NCBI GenBank assembly: GCA_951406725.2 | Contig: OX597822.1 | Location: forward strand, 99,882,001-99,946,000 | Reading direction: 5' to 3' | Length of the DNA: 64,000 nucleotides | From: Octopus vulgaris | Lineage: Eukaryota | Shown: positions 40,608-53,174 of the stretch, piece after piece | How positions within the stretch are numbered: position 1 is the stretch's first letter | Layout: each line of letters begins with the position of its first letter | The notes under the pieces: model-generated | The model's database searches: none | Told to the model about the DNA's origin: nothing | Seen by the model: only the letters and a program-made list of their open reading frames with translations | Position numbers and translations under genes: made by a program

Positions 40608-41934
40608 ATACTTTTCAATAGAAATGACAGTACAGTATTTTAGTCAATTAGTTAAAAAACTAGGAAATCAGTCTACTAGTGTATCTACGAAGTAGAAATT
40701 TGTTCATAAGTAGAGTATCTGGTAAAATGAAAACAAACACACAGTAAACATTTCTCCTTGAATTTTTCAAATTTTTCTTTACTTTGATTCAGATAAATAC
40801 TGACTTATATACACATCAAAGTAGCTATGAAATTTAATTACTACTGTAAGAAGTATTGGTCTGTACTTTCCCTCTAATAAATTCAGGGGAAATGAGATTA
40901 CCACACACATATACAGGCACAAACTGAAACCCATTTTACCCAGCTCCATAGTTAACATCATCAATTTACAAACCAAGGAAGAAGACTGTGGTCAAATGAG
41001 CTGCTAGAAAGAGCAACCAAATTCCTCAAACTACTGTACTGTACTGTCTTAAAACTGAAGGACATGATGGGTGTGGTGGCTTCTATAGTCAATTTCAACA
41101 TATGAGCATCCAGTTGAGAATTTATTGAAGAGTTGGGTAACATTCATTCTTGTGAAGAGTGAAGGATCTACTATTTTGGTCTCTTGTCTTTGTTGTGAGA
41201 GTGAAGACTGGACAGACAGAACGATGACAATGGAAGGTGGACGATATTTTCTCTTGCTTCAGCTGTCAGGTAGCAGGAGAAATTTACCTGTGGAAAGCAG
41301 TTTTACCATATTACTTTGAAAACACCTCCTTATGCTGCAAGAACCAGAAACACCTCAGTAGCATTTTTACCAAAAGAAAATTTTTCAGATTTTCTTAATT
41401 TTTTTTTTACATATTTCATGAAATACTGTATGACTGTGATGCTTGTTTACATATCCACACACACACACACACTTCCCAACCATGTGGTCTCTGGTTCAGT
41501 CCTATTTTATGGCACCTTGGGCAAGAGTCTTCTGCTACAATTCCCAGGCTGACCAAAGCCATATGAACGGATTTGGTAGATAGAAACTGAAAGAATCCCA
41601 TCATGTGTGTACGTGCCCTTGTCTTGACATCATGTGATGGGCACAAACAAACATCATACAAACAATATTGTTCATTTCCAATCTTCTATGAAAAGCATGC
41701 CTGACAATGGAAGAATATCACTCTGCTTGAAGCACCAGGCTCCAGTCTGATCTGGCAGAGTTTCTACAGCTGGATGCCCTTCCTAACGCCAACCACTCCG
41801 CGAGCGTAGTAGTGTATATATATATATATATATAAAGTTAATCCAAACATGAAAGCACAAAAAAACACAACAACGCGAGGACGTGGAACAAATATAGTAT
41901 TATTGGACGCTCAGGAAAGAAGGAAAGAAGGAGG

Positions 41935-41969
41935 GTTTAACATTTCGAGCGGAGCTCTTCATCGGAAAC
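41935..41969 (-). ncRNA. Minimal hammerhead motif with U4C change, inside a short repeat (~41830-42022)
   Basis: GTTT-CCGATGA-A-GAGC TCC GCTC-GAAA-TG-TT-AAAC. Confidence 0.5.
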
Positions 41970-42020
41970 ATAGGAGAAGGGAAGACAGAGGGAAAAAAAT
42001 CGCCAACGGTGCACACGCGG

Positions 42021-42064
<44 letters not shown>

Positions 42065-42586
42065 CCATACACACACAGACACACACAAAATTTCTTAATC
42101 GGAAAGCTGTAAAATTCTTAATCAGACAGCTGTGCCTGGGCTTAGACATTTGGTATATTTAGAAGTATTATCTTACTTTCTACCTGTAGCATGGTAATAT
42201 TTCACATTAATACAGTGAATCTGCCAGAGAGAGCTTAAACATATTGTAATCTGAGCACATGATCACATAATGTTTGCTTCCTGAGAGCAGCTTTATTAGA
42301 CAGATAACATTTTCGATAATAAAAACTAAAACTAGACTTATTGTTGAGTTATGCTTAAATAAGTGTTTTTTGCTTCAGTTAATTTTGAAATTAATGAAGA
42401 AGTTGATAAAATAATACAGTCGTTTATTTAAAAACTGGAGCATAAATTAACATGAAGTTTTGAGGAAAGTCTTTAATAAAAATCAATTTAAACCTGAAGT
42501 TTTGTATCAAAATCAGGGGCAGTCTCAGGTAGGTTAGTATCAAAAGGAATAACCTTTTAGCATTCAGATTATTCTGTCAAATATAT

Positions 42587-42990
42587 CATCATCATCATCA
42601 TCGTTTAACGTCCATTTTCCATGCTAGCATGGGTTGGACGGTTTGAACGGGGTCTGGGAAACCAAGAGGCTGCACCAGGCTCCAGTCTGATGTGGCAGTG
42701 CTTCTACAGTTGGATGCCCTTCCTAATGCCAACCACTCCATGAGTGTAGTGGGTGCTTTTTACGTGCCACCGGCACAGGTGCCAGGGGAGGCTGGGAATG
42801 GCCACAATCGGTTGGTGCCTTTTACGTGTCACCAGCACAGAAGCCAGTCAAGGCGGCGCAGGTATCGGCCACGTTCGGATGGTGCTTTTTACGTGCCACT
42901 TGCACAGGTATCACGATTACAATTTCCATTTGATATTTATTTTGATGTTGATGTACTTGACTCAATAGGTCTCCTCAAGCACAGCAGGTC
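42587..42990 (-). mobile_element. RTE LINE 3'-UTR fragment with (GAT)n tail, inserted in a MITE
   Basis: Homologous to 51290-51673. Shorter copies at ~4420, 5015, 25520, 27805, 28310, 29180, 37095 and 41730. Confidence 0.75.
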
Positions 42991-43240
42991 ATGTGTCACC
43001 AGCACGGTTATTTATTCACAATGTATTCAATTACTCATGCACTATCTCATGGCTTTGAGATTTCGATTGTATGACAGTTTATTATTATAATGATGTCATC
43101 AGGTAGGTGTGAGAAGCCAGAGCTGATCAATTTGAACAGTAATCATGTAGAGTGATTGGCTTGGTTTAAATGCTAAACGGTTAAATTCATTAACTCATAG
43201 CAAAAGTAACAATACTTTCTCCTGCTAGCTAACAGCTAAA

Positions 43241-43597
43241 GCAAGGATTATGGCAGCATTCATCAGCTTAAACATGGAGACCATCCAGAAGAGTTGCAGG
43301 AGATTCCAAAGTCATCTGGAAGCTGTGGTTGAAGCCAATGGCGATTTTATTGAATAAATTTACTCATTAGTATTTCAAGATATTTTTATGTAATTTTGGT
43401 AAATATATCTATTATTATGAGATGTCAGTGTTATTTTCATTTTTGTGTAATTTAGGCAACAGTTTATTCATCATGCCCTCTCTCTCTCTCTCTCTGTCTC
43501 TGTGTGTGTGTGTGTGCACGTGCATGCGTGCATGCGTGCGTGCATGCGTGTGTTTCTGTGTTTGTTCCCTTCACAGCTTGACAACCAGTGTTGTCAA
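43241..43597 (+). repeat. Inverted local copy of 44117-44436 (maT end plus SINE junction)
   Basis: Reproduces the TE/microsatellite/SINE junction. Flanked by the direct repeat CTAGCTAACAGCTAA. Confidence 0.8.
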
Positions 43598-44154
43598 CTA
43601 GCTAACAGCTAAGGCAAGAGAAAGTATTGTCCATCTTCTGTTTTCTTCATTCCATCTCTCCAATCTTCCTCACTCTCACAACAAAGGCAAGAAACCAAAA
43701 TATTAGATCCTTCACTCTTCCAAACTCTTCAATAAATTCTTCTAAGAACTAACTAATGCTGACACAGTCATCAGTTCCCCGAGATTCCAAATTTCCCCCC
43801 TATATTAGTTATGGCCCAATTAACACAGTCAAAATAATTGGATGTTTTATACTGAGAGTCAGCAATTAGCTACATTTGAAAATCTCAGCAAATGATACAC
43901 CTGTATCCTAGTGATTACCAATTTTTGGTGTCATCCTATCAGGTGTATATGTACATGCATGCTTATATTCTTTTATTCTGTTTCAGTCATTTGACTGCAA
44001 TCAACCCTTGAAGGGTTTTAGTCGAAGAAATAGACCCCAGGACTTATTTTTTAAGTCTAGTACTTATTCTATTGAGCTCTTTGGCCAAACCACTAAGTTA
44101 CAGAACATAAACACACCAATACTGGTTGTCAAGCTGTGAAGGGATCAAACACAG

Positions 44155-44195
<41 letters not shown>

Positions 44196-44199
<4 letters not shown>

Positions 44200-45016
44200 G
44201 CATGATGAATAAACTGTTGTCTAAATTACACAAAAATGAAAATAACACTGACATCTCTTATTAATAGATATATTTACCAAAATTACATAAAAATATCTTG
44301 AAATACTAAAGAGTAAATTTATTCAATAAAATCACCATTAGCTTCAACCACATCCTCCAGACGATTTTGGAATCTCCTGCAACTCTTCTGGATGGTCTCC
44401 ATGTTTAAGTTGATGAATTCTGCCATAATCCTTGCCTTCAATTCATCTTTGGTGTTACAAGGAGTTTTGTTGGTCTTTCACTCAACTGCAACCCACACAT
44501 AATAATCAAGGGAGTTGCAGTCTGGAGAGTAAGGTGGCCAGATGTTAGGGGTGATGTGATCGTAGAAATTATCTGACAGCCATGAATGGGTTTTCCTGTT
44601 TGTGTGGCATGGTGCAGGGTCCTGTTGACCCAGGGCAGTACTATCTCCTCCAGGCACTCTATGTAGGCTTCTGTGTTGAGTCTGAGGCTGTGTGGGAAGT
44701 TGAATGGAGGTATAACATCACCATCACTAATGATCACTCCAAATACCATGTTGTTGACTGGATATTTGATTTTTATCACTCTCGGTAGATGTTCATATTA
44801 GCACATGCTCATATTGGAGCTCCTGGCACAAATGCCAAACAGCACAGCATATCGTTTCCAAATTTCTGGCAGAGTGAATTGCATCATGGTGCTGTTTTTC
44901 TCACAGATGGTGCCCACTGACCCTACTATACTGTGTAGTCGACAAAATCAAAAATATAAAATGCACATGGGCAAAATTAAAAATAAAAATGGCAACAATT
45001 TACTCATCACACCCTG
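44196..45016 (-). mobile_element. maT (DD37D) element inserted in the microsatellite of a SINE A
   Basis: Homologous to 5481-6361; CAGGG termini. Confidence 0.8.
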
Positions 45017-45070
<54 letters not shown>

Positions 45071-45849
45071 CACACACACATATATATGACAGGCTTCTTT
45101 CAGTTTTCATCTACCAAATCCACTCACAATGCTTTGGTCAGTAGTAGAAGATGCCCAAGATGCCATGCAGTGGGACTGAACCTGGAACCATGTGGTTGGG
45201 AAGCAAGCTTCTTACCACACAGCCATTTCCACTGAATATCTTTGTAGGTCTTTTTTATATGTTGAGAAATATTCTGACCAACTTGGAGCTGACCAATTTT
45301 ACTAAAAGTAAAACACCTGATACAATATCTGGATTGGTGTTGCTGCCGCTACATAACTGGAGTAGAATAGCTGTTGCTACTTGAACATCTGGAGTAGAGG
45401 AGCTGATGTTTAACTACTGGGGTTGGATAGTTTGCTGCTGTTTCAACATCTGGAGTAAAGTAGCTACTGCTGCGGTCGCTGCTGAGATATTCCTTATTAA
45501 ATTTTTAATTAGTGAACTTTCTAGAAATTGTAACTGGTCTTAATATTAATTAGCCTTAATGCTAATTTCCCTATGAAATCTTTATTACTGCTATTATTCT
45601 GATAAGTTGGCAGAATCGTTAGCACACCAGACAAAATTCTTGACAGTATTTTGTCCATCTTTATGTTCTGAGTTCAATTCTACCTTTCATCTGATCAGGG
45701 TTGGTAAAAGTTGGGTGCTGAGGTTGATGTAATCAATTGGCCTCCTCCAACAATTCAGACCTTTTGCCCGTAGTAGAAAGAAGGATGATGATGATGATCA
45801 TCATCATCATCATCATCATCACCACCACCATCATCATAATAACAATATG

Positions 45850-46535
45850 AAAATTCACAGCTTATTTTGTTTGCTGGGTATGATGGAAAGTGTCAGATGT
45901 CCACAGCCAGCAGACTAAGGTGACACTTGTTAACTGGTCGTGCTTCAAGAAGCCTGCAAAGAATTCTTGCAGTCCCAAACAACGCGGATTTTTGTAGGTG
46001 TTCTACCTTCACACTTGTACCAATCTTTTTCAGCCATGTTGGTAGTTGAGTGCTGATACTTCCAAGTGCACTAATTACTATTGGTATCACATCTACTCTC
46101 TTCATTAACCACAATCTTTGTATTTACCACTTCAAATTGTCATAGTTGTTTATTTTTTCTTTTCCCTTCATATTGATCCTGTTTTCACCAGGGCATGCTA
46201 TGTCGGTTAACATGAATATTCTTTCTTTTTTATTCACCAAATCAATGTCCAGTTTCTGATGTCTAGTTGGATGATCGCATTAGATCATTGTATCCCACAG
46301 AATTTTGCAATTCTCATTTTCAGTGACTCCTGGAGTTTGTTCATACCATGTCTTTGCTCTTTGTAGGCCATGAGTTCCACAGAGCCTCCCAATGGATCGT
46401 TCTTGCTAGATTGTCATGGTATCTTTTACATTTACTTTGTGCCAATTTCAGGCATTCAGTAACGATGTGTCATACTGTTTCACCTCTCTCACCACACATT
46501 CTGCATTTGTCGTTGTTGGTAACACTTGTTTACAA
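45850..46535 (-). mobile_element. R4/Dong-like non-LTR retrotransposon 3' end (CCHC knuckle plus restriction-like endonuclease)
   Basis: CRMCGERGETVxHIVTEC..HDNLAR.IHW, KILWD, DIACP and VIPIVISALG..LQKSALFGTARIL. Confidence 0.8.
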
Positions 46536-47167
46536 CTAATTGAAGATGTCAAGACAAGGTAACATAAACACACACACTTCCCCACAAGATCCTTGGTTCC
46601 CTCTTACTTTGATGCATCTTTGGCAAGCACCTTCAACTATAAGCCCAGGCTGACCAAAGCCTTGTGAATGGATCTGGTGGATGAAAACTGAAAGAAGCCT
46701 GTCATGTGTATGTGTGTGTGCATATCTGACCATGTTTTGACATCATATCACACAATTGAACATTCTTCCTGTTGCCAAATTTCACCTGTTTCCAAGCAAG
46801 GTAATATTTCTCCTTACTTCTCTTTACAGAAAACAGGCAACAAACAAAATCACTTGTATAAAGTTAAAGTTATCTTCTCAAGTCATGATAACTCATAAGG
46901 GCTGATTTCCTGGGTTCCATGCTGTATAAATTCCTCCACTTGGACAAGTCACCAGTCCGACACAGGATTACTCATTTTTGCCAGCTGAGTGGACTGGAGT
47001 AATGTGAAATTAAGTGTTTTGCTCAAGAACACAACGGGTTGCCCAGTCCAGGAATCAAAACCACAATCTTACAATCATGGATCCAACACCCTAACAACTA
47101 AGCCACATGCCTCCAGATTACTTATATGAAGGTAATGCTCACCTATGACTGCCATCAAAGCAAGGCA

Positions 47168-47680
47168 GAGGCATGTGGCTTAGTGGTTAGGGTGTCAGCA
47201 TCATGATCATAAGATTGTGGTTTCGATTCCTGGACTGGGCGATGTGTTGTGTTCTTGAGCAAAACACTTCATTTCACGTTGCTCCAATCCACTCAGCTGG
47301 CAAAATTGAATAATGCTGCGATGGACTGGTGTCCCGTCCAGCTGGGGAACACATACGCCATAGAAACCGGGAAACTGGACCAATGAGCCTGGCTAGGCTT
47401 TAAAAGGGCGCATGTGGAGGCAAATGGCCTAGAGGTTAGAGCAGCAGACTCGCGGTCGAGGGATCGTGGGTTTGAATCTCAGACCGGGCCATGTGTGTGT
47501 GTGTGTGTTTATGAGCGAAACAACTAAGCTCCAAGCAGCTCTAGTAGAAGATAATGGCGAACTTCTGCTGACTCTTTCGCCACAACTTTCTCTCACTCGT
47601 CCCATCCAGGTGGGAAACCTATACACCAAGGAAACCGGGAAACCAGCCCTTATGAGCCAGGCATGGCTCGAGAAGGAACA
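47168..47680 (+). mobile_element. Two tandem tRNA-derived SINEs
   Basis: Heads TGGCTTAGTGGTTAGG..GGTTTCGATTCC and TGGCCTAGAGGTTAGAGC..GGTTTGAATCTC. Related copies at ~46905-47115, 50480-50830 and 58765-59035. Confidence 0.75.
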
Positions 47681-48356
47681 ACATCATTTGTATGAAGATA
47701 ACGCTCACCTATAACTGTCATCAAGGCAAGGAAACACAAACATACACACTCATATACATGCACACAATGAGTGTCTTTCAGTTTCTGTTTACCAAATCCA
47801 CACACAAGACTTTGGTCAGTCTGAGGCTATAGTGGAAGACACTCGCCCAAGATGCCACACAGTGGGACTGAACCCAATACCATGTGGTTGGGAAGCAAAA
47901 TTCTTAACCACACAGCAATGCTTGTACCTACACTACAGTGTGAAAAATATATAACATTTCTGAACCTTATATAATGTTTATTTGATAAACCTGTTTATCA
48001 GTTATTTAGAAAATAAAACCACATAATATTTTACTTAAATAGACAATAAATTATACAGTTGATAAGCTATAATGACAACAGCTTATGAGTTATACTGTTT
48101 AATTAACAGTGTTCCAGATGAACAAGTGGACGGAAAGTAACTCAATACAGAAGTTAATGTGGTCGTAAATTAAACATAAATATACAGTATGAATCTCAGG
48201 AAAGAATGAATAAAGAGAAATGAATACAAATTATTAGGTATTTCAGCTATCAATTATTCATCTCGATGAATTTGTCAAAATGTTTGCTAAATAACAATCT
48301 AATCTATTGCCACTTGATTTTGCTTAGTTTTTGTCCCCTTATATATATATATATAT

Positions 48357-48762
48357 ACTCTTTTACTCTTTTACTTGTTTCAGTCATTTGACTGCGGCCA
48401 TGCTGGAGCACCGCCTTTAGTCGAGCAAATCGACCCCGGGACTTATTCTTTGTAAGCCCAGTACTTATTCTATCGGTCTCTTTTGCCGAACCGCTAAGTA
48501 ACGGGGACGTAAACACACCAGCATCGGTTGTCAAGCAATGCTAGGGGGACAAACACTGACACACAAACATATACACACACACTTATATATATATATATAC
48601 ATATATACGACAGGCTTCTTTCAGTTTTCGTCTACCAAATCCACTCACAAGGCATTGGTCGGCCCGGGGCTATAGCAGAAGACACTTGCCCAAGATGCCA
48701 CGCAGTGGGACTGAACCCGGAACCATGTGGTTGGTTAGCAAGCTACTTACCACACAGCCACT
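48357..48762 (-). mobile_element. SINE family A
   Basis: Near-full copy. Confidence 0.85.
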
Positions 48763-49070
48763 ATTTTGTTGAAGTATGTATGTATGTACGTATGTATGTA
48801 TGTATGTACATACACACACACGTAAGTCTTCAACAGAGTCCCTCCCCTTCTACATTATAAGTTATGGACGCTGGGACTATCAATAACTCTAGTCTATCCT
48901 TGCCTGTTGTCATCGTTAGCAGCAGCAGCAGTAGCATCATCATCATCATCATCATTTTAACGAGAGTACATTAGAAAACAGACATTAAATAGTGATGATG
49001 ATGATGTGTGAGTGTGAGTGTGTGTACGTGTGACTGTGTGCATGTGTGTGGGTGTCTGTGCACATGTGTG

Positions 49071-49109
<39 letters not shown>

Positions 49110-49315
49110 ATGTGTGTGAGAGACTGTATGTGTGTGTGTGTGCGTGTGAGAGACTGTGTATGTATGTGTGAGAGACTGTATGTGTGTGTGTGTGAGAGAG
49201 ACTGTGACTGTGTGTGTGTGTGTTTGACTGTGAGTGCGTGTGTGTGATGATGATATGTGAGTGTGTGTCTGTGCACGTGTGACTGTGTGTGTCTGTGCAT
49301 GTGTGTGTGTGTGTG

Positions 49316-49368
<53 letters not shown>

Positions 49369-49979
49369 GCTTCCGTGTCTTGACATCAAGTAACAAGAGT
49401 TGTAAACATGATAGGAAAAGTGTCATTTCATTTCCCAATCTTCTGTAAAAACATATCTAGCCAAGGAGAAATATTACCTTATATGGAAACAGGTGAGAAT
49501 TGATTACAAGAAGAGCATTCAACCATTAAAAAGTTTGTCTCAAAGAATTCTATCAAGTCGTGCAAGCTTAGAAAGTAGGCTCTAACCCTTTTGCAGTCAG
49601 ATTACTCTGTCAAATGTAAAGCCAATTAATTCACACTGTTTTGAATTAATCATGTATTATCTTGAAGCTTTGAGATTTCAATGGTGTATTTGTTTAGTTT
49701 TAGAATGACATTGTAGGGTAGGTGTAAAAGGCCAAATCTTGCCAGTTTGAACATATAAGTGGTTGGAATATTTGAGCTAGACAAGGCCAGCTTAAACACT
49801 ATAGGATTAAACAGAAAATATAAATATATACAAATGCATGCAAAAAAGACCAAGGTTCTTACTGAGCCATCGGCTTACAACACAGATTCCCCAGATTTTG
49901 TGACTTCCATTCTACCCTCGGCTCTCTCAATGGAATGTCAGTCTACCGCAAGATAACTCATTTTTGCCAGCTGAGTGCC

Positions 49980-50380
49980 AGCGAGCTGGCAGAATCGTTA
50001 GCACACCAGGCGAAATTCTTAACGATATTTCGTCTGCCACTACATTCTGAGTTCAAATTCCACTGAGGTCGACATAGCCTTTCATCTTTCAGGGTTGATT
50101 AAATAAGTACCAGTTACGGACTGGGGTCAATATAATCGACTTAATCCGTTTGTCTGTCCTTGTTTGTCCCCTCTGCGTTTAGCCCCTTGTGGGTAGTAAA
50201 GAAATAGATATTTCGTCTGCCGCTACATTGTGAGTTCAAATTCCACCGAGGTCGACTTAGCCTTTCATCCTTTCGGGGTCGATTAAATAAGTACCAGTTA
50301 TGCACTGGGGTCAATATAATCATCTGAATCCCTTTGTTTGTCCCCTCTATGTTTAGCCTCTTGTGGGCAATAAAGAAATA
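49980..50380 (+). mobile_element. SINE family B with a tandem partial duplication
   Basis: The core domain occurs twice. Confidence 0.8.
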
Positions 50381-50903
50381 AACCGAGTGGATTGGAGCAA
50401 CACGGAATGAAGTGCTTTGCTCAAGAACACAATGCATTGCTTGGTCCAGAAATTAAAACCACAATCTTATGAACATCCATGTAAAAAAAGTGAAAGTAAA
50501 GACTCTCTTCAGTCATGAATGACCATGGGATTGCACCTAGAAAGTTGTGCCCGCCAAGGCACAAGTCCAGGCAAGGTTGTTAATGGAAGATCAGCAGTTG
50601 CCCATGCACACCAGCCTCCCTTCTCCATGCCAACAATATCATCCAAGGGAAAGGCAAAGGCTGATACAGTTTAGCATTAGTGATGTCACAACTCATTTCT
50701 ACAGCTGAATGAACTGGAGCAATGTGAAATAAAGTGTCTTGCTCAAGAAAACAACAGAGCCAGGTCTGGGAATGGAACTCACTCACTCATGATTGTGAGC
50801 CTGATGCTCTAACCACTGAGCAATGTGCCTTCACTGAACATTCTAACTACTAAGCCACATACCTCCACATGTACATGCATATAAACATGTATGTGTGTGC
50901 ATA

Positions 50904-50939
<36 letters not shown>

Positions 50940-50956
50940 CATATGTATGTATGTAA

Positions 50957-51671
50957 GCATCAGTTGTGGTGTGCAAGAGAGACGTTTGTGCTGGTATGGT
51001 CATGTGGCGAGAATGGATGAAGATAGTTGTGTGAAAAAGTGCCACACCCTAGCGGTTGAGGGAACCTGTGGAAGAGGCAGACCCAGGAAAACCTGGGATG
51101 AGGTGGTGAAGCACGACCTTCGAACTTTAGGTCTCACTGAGGAAATGACTAGAGACCGAGACCATTGGAAGTATGCTGTGCGTGAGAAGACCCGGCAGGA
51201 CAAGTGAGACCATAACGCGTGGCCTCTACGTGGGATGTAGCCAGTCCACTTATGCATACCTTTCCATCTTGGGACACAAAACTCTACTTGTGAAGACCTG
51301 TTGAGGCAAGTGAGAATCGAAATTGATCAACATCAATGGAAATTGCAGCTGTGATACCAGTGCCGGTGGCACATAAGAGAACTATCCGAATGTGGCTGTT
51401 GCCAGTGCTGCCCCGACTGGCCTCGTGCCGGTGGCATGTAAAAAGCACCATCCGTTCGTGGCCGTTTGCCAGCCTCGTCTGGCACCTGTGCCAGTGGCAC
51501 GTAAAAAGCACCCACTACACTCACGGAGTGGTTGGCGTTAGGAAGGGCATCCAGCCGTAGAAACATTGCCAGATCAGACTGGGCCTGGTGCAGCCTTCTG
51601 GCTTCCCAGACCCCAGTTGAACTGTCCAACCCATGCTAGCATGGAAAGCGGACGCTAAACGATGATGATGA

Positions 51672-51673
<2 letters not shown>
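50957..51673 (+). mobile_element. RTE LINE 3' end (ORF C-terminus, 3' UTR, (GAT)n tail)
   Basis: VQERRLCWYGHVARM..GRGRPRKTWDEVVKHDL, stop at 51207, then the UTR found as many truncated copies. Confidence 0.85.
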
Positions 51674-51729
<56 letters not shown>

Positions 51730-51823
51730 TGAGGTTATGAGAGGTAACGGTGTCAAGAAGACCCAAAGTTGTCAGGTAATGCTGAGTAAGTGCTGTGGAA
51801 TATATATATATGTATGTAGACTA

Positions 51824-51977
51824 TTTTACTAAAACTGAAAAAAATCTTCACAAACTGTTACTCAGAGTTCCATGTGACCATTCATAAGACATCAGTGAGT
51901 ATTGCCACAACTGTCTAATGATTGGTCATGTGAAACTCTGAGTAACAGTTTGTGAGGATTTTTCAGGTTTAATAAAA
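51824..51977. repeat. Inverted repeat built from two decayed hammerhead-bearing fragments
   Basis: Arms AAACTGTTACTCAGAGTT / AACTCTGAGTAACAGTTT. Plus arm reads AACTGT-CTAATGA-..-GAAA-CTCTGAG-TA-ACAGTT (51909-51950). Confidence 0.6.
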
Positions 51978-52047
51978 CATTATGTTACTCTATCTTTGCT
52001 ACTCATGTACTACTTTTCCCAACTCGTTTTGCATCTATGTGCTTACT

Positions 52048-52095
<48 letters not shown>

Positions 52096-52098
<3 letters not shown>

Positions 52099-53174
52099 GG
52101 TGTGGTGAATAAATTGTTGTCTAAATTACACAAAAATGAAAATAATACTGACATCTCATTTTAACAGATATATTTACCAAAATTACATAAAAAATGTCTT
52201 GAAATATTAAAGAGTAAAACTGCACCCCACACATAATAATCAAGGTGGTTGCAGTCTGGGGAGTTAGGTGGCCAGATGTTAAGGTGATGCGGTTGCAGAA
52301 ATTGTCTGCTTGAGTGGCATGGTGTAGAGTCCTGTTACCAGACATAGGTTCTTCCAGCAGCCACCCTCTTGACCCAGAGCAGCACCACCTCCTCATGGAA
52401 CTTGATGTAGGCTTCTGTGTTGAGTCAGAGGCCATATGAGTAGACGAATGGAGGCATAACGTCACCATCTCTAGTGATCGCTCCAAACACCATGATGTTG
52501 ACTGGATGTTTGATGTTTATCACTCTCGGTACATGTTTTGGGTATACGGCAAGCCAAGTTCTGTAAATTCGCCATCTGATACTGGCAGAAATTTTTCTCG
52601 TCTGAGAAAAGCCAAAGCATGTTCAGTTGAAGGAGATGCTTGTGTTTGTCCAAAAGCTTCTTAACACAATCTTTCTTCTTGTCTTTGATGACTTGGGATA
52701 AAAATTGGCCCTTTCTCATCTTATATGAGGAATATGAAATGTCTTCATACACTACTTGCCCTGATAAGAAACTCAGACACTCCCATGTCCCTAGTGATGG
52801 ACCTGGTTGATTTGTAGGGACTGTTGTCAATCATGGCTTGGATCTCACCAACAAATTCAGTTCTTTTCTTATCAGAGTGAGTTTTCCAAATTGCCGTACT
52901 TTCATAATCACCATTAGCCTCATCCAACTCTTTCCAAATCCTTTACACTGTCCTCAGACTGACACTCAAACACTCTGAAATGTGTGAATCCTAAGCAATA
53001 CAGCATGTTGTTTCCAATTTCCTGACAGAGAGAATTGCGTCATGGTGCTATTTTTGTCACAGACAGTGCCCGACTGACCCTACTATACTGTGTAGCCAAC
53101 AAAATAAAAAACAAACAATGTGCATATGTGAAATTAAAAATATAAAATGGTGACAATTTACCCATTGCACCCTG
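52096..53174 (-). mobile_element. maT (DD37D) element, longest copy
   Basis: CAGGGTG termini; SSYKMRKGQFLS..WLFSDEKNF. Confidence 0.85.
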
